Shown: piece after piece, positions 58,845 to 64,000 of the stretch
Layout: the number at the start of each line of letters is the position of its first letter
How positions within the stretch are numbered: the first letter of the stretch is position 1
The notes under the pieces: model-generated
What the model was told of the DNA's origin: nothing
Databases searched by the model: none
What the model saw: only the letters and a program-made list of their open reading frames with translations
Made by a program: the position numbers and the translations under genes
Source: a virus
IMG/VR virus record: IMGVR_UViG_3300005825_000057
Coordinates: 1-64,000 of that record
Reading direction: 5' to 3' (one strand)
DNA length: 64,000 bases

Positions 58845-58915
58845 TCGTTGCAAGAAATTCGTCTTTCATTGACGAACGGATGTGATACGAGATTGTGGTT
58901 GACCGTATTGGTTGT

Positions 58916-58947
58916 GTTCCCGGCGAAAAAAAAGATTCGCCGGGAAC
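58916..58947. repeat. perfect 12-bp inverted repeat abutting a -35 box
   Basis: GTTCCCGGCGAA-N8-TTCGCCGGGAAC. Confidence 0.8.
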
Positions 58948-59035
58948 TTTACAACGCCGAAAATTGTGGTACAATAACGGCAGACGAGAAAAAAATTCTG
59001 AATCTCTTGAAAAAACGAATTAGTGACACTACTAT
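58948..59035 (+). promoter_or_regulatory. tandem sigma70-type promoters of the tRNA array
   Basis: TTTACA-16-TACAAT with extended TG (58948-58975) and TTGAAA-17-TACTAT (59007-59035). Confidence 0.65.
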
Positions 59036-59063
59036 AGTGTTACACAAGACAAAAGGTGCAATC

Positions 59064-59144
59064 GTGAACAAGTTCTCTTATCAGCTTAGCAGTTTATCAT
59101 CCTCGTTGCTATTTAGCAACGACAGGGGAGGCTGTGTCCGCTGA
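59064..59144 (+). CDS. putative attenuator leader peptide MNKFSYQLSSLSSSLLFSNDRGGCVR
   Basis: AAGGTG SD, GTG start, all six Ser codons, stop lies inside the antiterminator domain. Confidence 0.7.
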   Translation: MNKFSYQLSSLSSSLLFSNDRGGCVR

Positions 59145-59216
59145 GTAAGAGGACATAACGGGTTTAACCCCGGTAGCCCCCCAAGATGTTTGGGACTAGG
59201 CTACCGGGGTTTTTTT
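59125..59216 (+). terminator. attenuator: antiterminator/terminator switch
   Basis: 13-bp stem 59166-59178 with 59199-59211 plus T7; alternative pairing 59125-59134 with 59174-59182. Confidence 0.75.
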
Positions 59217-59227
59217 GTGGGATAATT

Positions 59228-59527
59228 ATGAGTTGGGCCACACATTACATCGAAAAACTTCGCAAGGGTGAAACGGTTAGTTTCAGGCCAAGGGGAGGTT
59301 CGATGAAAGGCAAAATTGAATCCGGGCAATTATGCACGGTGGAACCTGTAAAGGGTGAACTTGAAGTTGGTGATATAGTTTTATGTAAAGTTGGCGGAAG
59401 TCAATATTTACATTTGATTAAGGCAATCCAAGGTCAAAGGTATCAAATCGGAAATAACCGAGGCGGTATCAATGGGTGGATTGGGATGAATTCGATCTTT
59501 GGCAAATTGGTAGAAATCAATGAGTAA
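59228..59527 (+). CDS. small S24/S26 peptidase-like domain protein
   Basis: G.SM...I..G....V.P....VGDIV....H pattern. Confidence 0.6.
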   Translation: MSWATHYIEKLRKGETVSFRPRGGSMKGKIESGQLCTVEPVKGELEVGDIVLCKVGGSQYLHLIKAIQGQRYQIGNNRGGINGWIGMNSIFGKLVEINE

Positions 59528-59915
59528 TACGGACGAAAGTGCCAGTATGACTAGCGATTGGGCTGTGGGTGCATTCAAACCCAAGTCTATTCCAAGTCAA
59601 TCAGAGGAATTTTTAACTCAATTGGCCAAAGATATAGCGATGAACTTGGTCTTTACATCAGACCATGTTAATCGTGAACAGTGGGACAACCTTCTCGGTA
59701 TGATATTCATGCCGGTGGTTTTGGGAGCCTTTTCGGATTATACCGAGGAAGCCCGCAAAGACATTGGAATGATTTATGAATATTGGGATAAAGCTGGACC
59801 ACGATCAATCAACGGGTATCCAATTTTCTTTTCTTTCGCAATTGTGAATGTAAAAGACAGATTGTTTGTCTGGGAGAAAGTAGAAAAAATTCGGAAGGTT
59901 CTGGAAGCCGTATAA
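59520..59915 (+). CDS. hypothetical protein
   Basis: YEY..KAGPRSINGYP.F conserved-looking motif. Confidence 0.65.
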   Translation: MSNTDESASMTSDWAVGAFKPKSIPSQSEEFLTQLAKDIAMNLVFTSDHVNREQWDNLLGMIFMPVVLGAFSDYTEEARKDIGMIYEYWDKAGPRSINGYPIFFSFAIVNVKDRLFVWEKVEKIRKVLEAV

Positions 59916-59916
59916 C

Positions 59917-59999
59917 GGGAGTGCTAATGCTGTGGGAAGCTACGCTGGCTGTAACCCAGCCGCCTTAATGGATAAGGGGTTCGATTCCTCACACTCCCA
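59917..59999 (+). tRNA. tRNA-Tyr(GTA), atypical D-arm
   Basis: GGGAGTG/CACTCCC acceptor, GCTGG-CTGTAAC-CCAGC, GGTTCGATTCC. Confidence 0.8.
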
Positions 60000-60012
60000 C
60001 TTGAGAAAAGAA

Positions 60013-60231
60013 ATGAAAGCATACTTGCTGGATAAACGTGGAATAAGCAAAGTATATCTTGTCTTCGGAGAAGATTGTGTCTCTGCTGCCAAGGTACTAG
60101 CTGAAAAGCTAGGTTGTGATTACGAAGATTTTTCAGTAGGTGGTTCATGGGATGTTGACCCGAATGAGCCTATAAATTTAAGTCAACTATGGCCTTATTT
60201 TACAAATGCCCCCGGAAGGCATAGTACATAA
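60013..60231 (+). CDS. hypothetical protein within the tRNA array
   Basis: fills the space between two tRNAs. Confidence 0.5.
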   Translation: MKAYLLDKRGISKVYLVFGEDCVSAAKVLAEKLGCDYEDFSVGGSWDVDPNEPINLSQLWPYFTNAPGRHST

Positions 60232-60239
60232 GGAAAAAT

Positions 60240-60321
60240 GGCCTCGTGGTGGAATTGGCAGACACGCCAGACTCAAAATCTGGTGCCGCAAGGCGTGTGG
60301 GTTCGAGTCCCACCGAGGCCA
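60240..60321 (+). tRNA. tRNA-Leu(CAA), canonical
   Basis: full cloverleaf with variable arm. Confidence 0.95.
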
Positions 60322-60322
60322 C

Positions 60323-60413
60323 TGGTAGATGGTGGAAGTTAGACACGGCCCCGTGTAGGGGTTGGTAGGCCGATCACCTACCGTGCAGGTATCGAATCCT
60401 GCTCTACCAACCA
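60323..60413 (+). ncRNA. non-canonical tRNA-like RNA with encoded CCA
   Basis: TGGTAGA/TCTACCA-A-CCA, Leu-type D-arm, aberrant anticodon loop, 7-bp variable stem, 8-nt T-loop. Confidence 0.7.
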
Positions 60414-60415
60414 CG

Positions 60416-60488
60416 GGACAGGGAGCTAGTGTGGTCATAGCACTGGACTGAAAATCCAGCAAAATCAGTTCGATTCTGATCCTGTCCA
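60416..60488 (+). tRNA. tRNA-Phe(GAA)
   Basis: GGACAGG/CCTGTCC, CTGGA-CTGAAAA-TCCAG. Confidence 0.88.
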
Positions 60489-60505
60489 CTGTGAAAGGAA
60501 AATTT

Positions 60506-60670
60506 ATGGCTAGATCATTGTGTAAAGACCCAAGTATATCTCAAAAAAACGATGCGAGTTGCATCGGAAATAAACGGGGTATGGCTCGCAGAGCTAAGAG
60601 AAATAGCAACAAAAGGGATCGACAAAAACTAGACAAAGATTTGAAAGAAAGAATTGCACTTGTTCGGTAA
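60506..60670 (+). CDS. small Arg/Lys-rich protein (54 aa)
   Basis: AAGGA SD; MARSLCKD...RRAKRNSNKRDRQ; below the ORF-track cutoff. Confidence 0.55.
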   Translation: MARSLCKDPSISQKNDASCIGNKRGMARRAKRNSNKRDRQKLDKDLKERIALVR

Positions 60671-60704
60671 TCCGTTGCATATATACTTCTTAAAAGGAGT
60701 CTAT

Positions 60705-61112
60705 ATGTTTCAAGATACGAACAACACTTTGAATCAAGGCGGCGTTGGGTTAGCGAGGGCGATATATGAGTATCAAAGATTGGGGTACACAGTTTGTTTA
60801 CCTTTAGTTGATGCTCAAGATTACGACCTTGTAATTGAAAAGGATAAAAAGTGGGAGTCTGTTCAATGCAGAACAACTTCTACCAAAGCAAGAAGTAGAA
60901 AAGGCGGATTTATTGATGGTAGGTATGAAGTTAGTTTGAGGACCATAAAAACTAATACAAAAGAGACTACCATTAAAAAGAAAGGTAATTTTGATTTGCT
61001 TTTTGTGATGTGTGATAATGGCGATTGTTATTCGGTGCCGAATAAAGAATTGCCTGAATCTGGCACCACGGTCGGCGGTCCAAAATACGAAAAATACAAA
61101 ATTGGAAGCTAG
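60705..61112 (+). CDS. free-standing PD-(D/E)XK homing endonuclease (tRNA/group I intron-associated type)
   Basis: AAGGAG SD; G..G...A, GY.V..P, YDLVIE, VQCRT, FDLL. Confidence 0.8.
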   Translation: MFQDTNNTLNQGGVGLARAIYEYQRLGYTVCLPLVDAQDYDLVIEKDKKWESVQCRTTSTKARSRKGGFIDGRYEVSLRTIKTNTKETTIKKKGNFDLLFVMCDNGDCYSVPNKELPESGTTVGGPKYEKYKIGS

Positions 61113-61192
61113 GCAACTGCTGGTTTGTTGCACCGCTTTGCTAAAGCGGCCCGGTCTAAACCCCGGCGAGGGTTCGATTCCCTTGGCTTCCG
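61104..61192 (+). tRNA. tRNA-Ser(GCT), 8/4-compatible
   Basis: GGAAGCTA/TGGCTTCC-G, CCGCT-TTGCTAA-AGCGG, long variable arm. Confidence 0.88.
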
Positions 61193-61193
61193 C

Positions 61194-61274
61194 TTGCTCA
61201 AATGCCCGAAGGGATTACATTCTTGAAAAGTGTGTACCGAAAGGTAAACTATCTCTTTATTATTCGTTGAGCAA
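61194..61274 (+). ncRNA. structured ncRNA copy A (possible Y-RNA-like)
   Basis: 8-bp terminal stem; shares AAATGC, GGAnTACATT, CTCTT and ATTCGTT with 62259-62370. Confidence 0.55.
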
Positions 61275-61278
61275 ATAT

Positions 61279-61350
61279 GGATCAGTAGCTTAGATGGCAA
61301 AGCGTCTGTCTGAACAACAGAAGAGTGGAATTCGAGCGTCCATTGATCCA
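61279..61350 (+). tRNA. degenerate tRNA-Phe(GAA)-like
   Basis: acceptor, D and anticodon arms present; C37 and a distorted T-arm. Confidence 0.55.
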
Positions 61351-61355
61351 CTTAT

Positions 61356-61434
61356 GGCCTTGTACGCAAACTTATGGCAAAGCGGCTTCTTTCAAAAAGA
61401 AGTGATTTTGTGGGTTCGACTCCCACCAAGGCTA
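61356..61434 (+). tRNA. tRNA-Leu(CAA) lacking long variable arm
   Basis: CTTCT-TTCAAAA-AGAAG, variable region TGATTTT, G1-U72. Confidence 0.8.
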
Positions 61435-61523
61435 CTATGATGAAATTTTGTGGTGTATGTGGATTTCAATTACAAGGAAAAGGTGTTAAAAGATATAAGA
61501 CCTGTCCTGAATGCGAAGAAAAT

Positions 61524-61617
61524 GCCCGTGTACGCAAATTGGCACAGCGGACTACCTCAGAAGTAGTTGTCTCCCCTTCAACAAGGGATACTGTCGGTTC
61601 GAGTCCGACCACGGGTA
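61524..61617 (+). tRNA. tRNA-Leu(CAG) with extra-long variable arm
   Basis: ACTAC-CTCAGAA-GTAGT, about 25-nt variable region, G1-U72. Confidence 0.8.
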
Positions 61618-61620
61618 CTT

Positions 61621-61785
61621 ATGGGAAAGAAAAATAAAAGATATTGTATCCGGGCTAATCCGCCAAAAGGTTGGCAGATATGGGATCGGAAATTGGCAAG
61701 ATGGTGGGGAAATCCTACAAAGGAATTTCCTTATACAGTCTTGCAGAAATTGAATGAAGGAAAGCAGAGTGAATTGAAGTATTAA
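61621..61785 (+). CDS. small hypothetical protein
   Basis: fills the gap between tRNAs exactly. Confidence 0.45.
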   Translation: MGKKNKRYCIRANPPKGWQIWDRKLARWWGNPTKEFPYTVLQKLNEGKQSELKY

Positions 61786-61787
61786 AT

Positions 61788-61867
61788 GGCCGGGTACGCA
61801 AACCTAATGGCAAAGCGGCGAAGCTCAGAACTTCGTGATTTTATGGGTTCGACTCCCATCCCGGCTA
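61788..61867 (+). tRNA. tRNA-Leu(CAG) lacking long variable arm
   Basis: CGAAG-CTCAGAA-CTTCG, TGATTTT. Confidence 0.8.
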
Positions 61868-61868
61868 C

Positions 61869-61985
61869 TGTTTAATTTGGTGTAACGGTAGCATTCCCCC
61901 GGAAGGGGCAAGAACGGTTCGACTCCGTATATTAGTGTAACGGCAGCACAGAAATGAGGATCGGTTCGACTCCGAAAATTAAACA
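61869..61985 (+). ncRNA. double D-arm/T-arm tRNA-mimic RNA
   Basis: 10-bp closing stem around two GTGTAACGGYAGCAY...CGGTTCGACTCCG modules with no normal anticodon arm. Confidence 0.7.
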
Positions 61986-61991
61986 ATTTAT

Positions 61992-62067
61992 GGCCTTATA
62001 CGCAAAATGGCAAAGCGGCTTGTTTTAAAAATAAGTGATTTTGTGGGTTCGATTCCCACTGAGGCTA
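61992..62067 (+). tRNA. tRNA-Leu(TAA) lacking long variable arm
   Basis: CTTGT-TTTAAAA-ATAAG, TGATTTT. Confidence 0.78.
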
Positions 62068-62080
62068 CTATCCACCCAAT

Positions 62081-62162
62081 GGCCCCGTGGTGGAACCGGC
62101 AGACACGCTGGACTTAAAATCCGGTGCCTTCGGGCGTGAGGGTTCAAATCCCTCCGGGGCCA
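62081..62162 (+). tRNA. tRNA-Leu(TAA), canonical
   Basis: full cloverleaf with variable arm. Confidence 0.95.
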
Positions 62163-62168
62163 CTTTTT

Positions 62169-62256
62169 GGAAGCTAGGTCAGATGTTGGTTCGCTGCACC
62201 TGTCTTGAAAACAGGACCGGGTAAAACCGGCGAGGGTTCGATTCCCTTGGCTTCCG
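62169..62256 (+). tRNA. tRNA-Ser(TGA), 8/4-compatible
   Basis: CCTGT-CTTGAAA-ACAGG; same body as Ser(GCT). Confidence 0.88.
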
Positions 62257-62258
62257 CT

Positions 62259-62370
62259 TGCTACAAATGCAAATTAGGAGTACATTGACAAAAGTAAAGT
62301 CGTCGGGCAAAACCCGATATATGTGGGTATCGAATCCCACTGTAACCTCTTGGTTAAATTCGTTGTAGCA
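62259..62370 (+). ncRNA. structured ncRNA copy B with tRNA-like T-arm (possible Y-RNA/YrlA-like)
   Basis: TGCTACAA/TTGTAGCA stem; internal GTGGG-TATCGAAT-CCCAC arm. Confidence 0.6.
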
Positions 62371-62376
62371 TTTTTT

Positions 62377-62458
62377 GGAAGATAAGCGAATGGTTAGCGG
62401 TCACACTGGAAATGTGATGCCCCGCAAGGGGTTGCGGGTTCGAGTCCCGTGTCTTCCG
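62377..62458 (+). tRNA. tRNA-Ser(GGA), short D-arm
   Basis: TCACA-CTGGAAA-TGTGA, variable arm, G73. Confidence 0.85.
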
Positions 62459-62472
62459 CTGGGAGAAAATAA

Positions 62473-62700
62473 ATGGTCACTGTAAAAATTGTTGGTCCCG
62501 GTTTGGTTGTGAATAAACCGGCTGCGATAATTTACAAAGCATTGACTGAGGCTGGTTACAAAGTTGATCTTGAAGAATTTGCTGGACAACATCAGTATGT
62601 TCCAAAAGACGAATGGCCAGAGAAAGAATTAGTTGATACAGAACGCCAAAAGGGTATGGAAGTCAAAGTGGATGTTGATCCACTCCCTTGGGGCGGATAA
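62473..62700 (+). CDS. hypothetical protein within the tRNA array
   Basis: GGGAG SD; ends PWGG. Confidence 0.6.
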   Translation: MVTVKIVGPGLVVNKPAAIIYKALTEAGYKVDLEEFAGQHQYVPKDEWPEKELVDTERQKGMEVKVDVDPLPWGG

Positions 62701-62701
62701 T

Positions 62702-62790
62702 GGAGAGTAGGCAAATACTGGTTTGTTGCATCTGATTGGAAATCAGACCCGGTTTAAAACCCGGTGAGGGTTCGATTCCCTTGCTCTCCG
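62702..62790 (+). tRNA. tRNA-Ser(GGA), 8/4-compatible
   Basis: GGAGAGTA/TGCTCTCC-G, TCTGA-TTGGAAA-TCAGA. Confidence 0.88.
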
Positions 62791-62793
62791 CTC

Positions 62794-62906
62794 GCACAGA
62801 TGAAGGGCGTTCCCCTTAAATGAGAAATTGGCATCGAGGGCCAGTGAGCCGTAAGGCGAAGGGCCGGGGCTATGTGGGTTCGAGTCCCATCGCCTTTCAT
62901 CTGTGT
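62794..62906 (+). ncRNA. tRNA-like RNA with a 15-16-bp closing stem
   Basis: CACAGATGAAGGGCG/CGCCTTTCATCTGTG plus canonical T-arm GTGGGTTCGAGTCCCAT. Confidence 0.65.
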
Positions 62907-62926
62907 TTTTATAAGTAGGGAAGCTA

Positions 62927-63127
62927 ATGCACGCCAAAGTTTTTTATACTTTAGGGCAAAGAGATACGATTGCCGGTCTTTTTGCTATGATAAGATCAAA
63001 AGGAATAAATTCGACTTTGGCAGAACTTGCGGCTGAATATACTAAAGCATTTGATGAACCAAATCCCCATGTGGAATGGTGGATAAAACAAAATGAAAAG
63101 AAAGAAGATGTAGTTGAAAATGGATAG
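62927..63127 (+). CDS. hypothetical protein within the tRNA array
   Basis: AGGGA SD. Confidence 0.5.
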   Translation: MHAKVFYTLGQRDTIAGLFAMIRSKGINSTLAELAAEYTKAFDEPNPHVEWWIKQNEKKEDVVENG

Positions 63128-63204
63128 GTTGAGCAATTGGCTGGCTCGCCAGACTGTAAATCTGGTCCCTTCGGGGCATGTGGGTTCGAGTCCCACCCTA
63201 TCCA
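63122..63204 (+). tRNA. tRNA-Tyr(GTA)
   Basis: CCAGA-CTGTAAA-TCTGG, variable arm. Confidence 0.92.
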
Positions 63205-63213
63205 CTGGTTTTT

Positions 63214-63291
63214 GGCTGGGTACGCAAACTTCGGCAAAGCGGCCACTTCGAGAGAGTGGTGATTTTGTGGGTTCGACTCCCATCCCAGCTA
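63214..63291 (+). tRNA. tRNA-Leu(GAG) lacking long variable arm, C33
   Basis: CCACT-TCGAGAG-AGTGG, TGATTTT. Confidence 0.72.
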
Positions 63292-63293
63292 CT

Positions 63294-63521
63294 ATGCATA
63301 AGAATTATTACAACCACGATGAATCTGAGAAACATTATCGAAGACATATATCAAACCTTGCGTACCGATATAAATTTAAGGTAATTTACGAAGACGAAAG
63401 AATTTTGAAGAAAGAGAATGGCGAAACAACAGTAATTGTGGATATAACAGAAACACCCCGCAATACTTTATGTTGGAAGGCTTGGCTCAAACTTCAAAAT
63501 GAATACGAAAATGGATTCTGA
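63294..63521 (+). CDS. hypothetical protein
   Basis: starts immediately after the tRNA. Confidence 0.45.
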   Translation: MHKNYYNHDESEKHYRRHISNLAYRYKFKVIYEDERILKKENGETTVIVDITETPRNTLCWKAWLKLQNEYENGF

Positions 63522-63696
63522 AAAGATCGTGATTGATACACAAGAAAAACTTTTGGAACACTTTGGGAAACCAGAGAAAGATTTTTTTGGTATATCTGGT
63601 CTTTATATGGATTCATTAGAGAATGGACGAAGAATGCAATCGAGGATGGTGGATAACTATTTAAGATTGATATTTAAATTACAAAATGGAAGCTAG
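63511..63696 (+). CDS. hypothetical protein
   Basis: overlaps the previous stop and the next tRNA 5' end. Confidence 0.4.
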   Translation: MDSEKIVIDTQEKLLEHFGKPEKDFFGISGLYMDSLENGRRMQSRMVDNYLRLIFKLQNGS

Positions 63697-63774
63697 GCAG
63701 ATGTTGGCTTGCTGCACTTGTCTCGAAAACAAGACCGGGTAAAACCGGCGAGGGTTCAATTCCCTTGGCTTCCG
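63688..63774 (+). tRNA. tRNA-Ser(CGA), 8/4-compatible
   Basis: CTTGT-CTCGAAA-ACAAG; same body family. Confidence 0.88.
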
Positions 63775-64000
63775 CTGGGCACTAAAAGTGTCGTTCAAAA
63801 AAGTAAACTATTTCATGTAGAAATAAACTTGCTCCGACACAAAAACAAGAAAGGGCAATTAGAGGGTAGAAATTAAAGTGTAAAAATCCCCAACCCAAAA
63901 ATAAAAAAATCCATGCTATAATTTGTATTTTTCTCATACACTATTGTAGTATATAATGAAGAAAATGGGGTCGCACGGCGAATTAGTTTGGTAAGGCACA

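Noticed and set aside
58848-59144. 98-aa ORF in the track
   Set aside because: It spans promoters and an inverted repeat and has no SD at its TTG. Only the last 26 codons, from GTG 59064 with an SD, are credible.
59924-63384. Track ORFs overlapping or antisense to tRNA genes
   Set aside because: Explained by GC-rich tRNA sequence lacking stop codons.
1-64000. Stop-codon reassignment or suppressor tRNAs
   Set aside because: Long conserved genes read intact in code 11, TAG and TGA end genes at sensible positions, and no CTA/TCA/TTA anticodon was seen.
63967-64000. Start of tmRNA or another tRNA (GGGGTCGCACGG) after a promoter-like region
   Set aside because: Truncated by the window edge, too little sequence to call.

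Overview
AT-rich, densely coded segment of a large T4-like (jumbo/huge) tailed phage genome using the standard code. The host is possibly a planctomycete, on weak evidence. From 0 to 41.4 kb most genes are on the minus strand: a truncated DnaE, ClpP, a PrkA/YeaG-YeaH-SpoVR triad, HldE, ThyX, dNMP kinase, a Hel308-like helicase, RecA/UvsX, gp32-like SSB, a gp23 paralog, glycosylation genes, dCMP deaminase, UvsY-like, gp41/DnaB helicase, a region-2-only sigma-like protein and a compact PolA. A CCA-adding enzyme and glf lie on the plus strand. The 41.4-42.1 kb intergenic region is highly structured. From 42 to 59 kb there are PyrB, an amidinotransferase, an RNA ligase/kinase/phosphatase group, an M50 protease, UvsW and a mini-gp23. 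From 59 to 64 kb there is a tRNA array limited, in this window, to Leu (7), Ser (5), Tyr (2) and Phe (1 plus 1 degenerate), many non-canonical and mixed with tRNA-like ncRNAs. The best candidate for a new system sits in front of this array: promoters, a 26-codon leader peptide whose core is almost only Phe/Ser/Tyr/Leu codons (all six Ser codons), and mutually exclusive antiterminator/terminator hairpins. This looks like a ribosome-stalling attenuator that would switch on replacement tRNAs when those host tRNAs are depleted. All family calls come from motif recognition by eye, with no database searches, and all RNA folds were done by hand.
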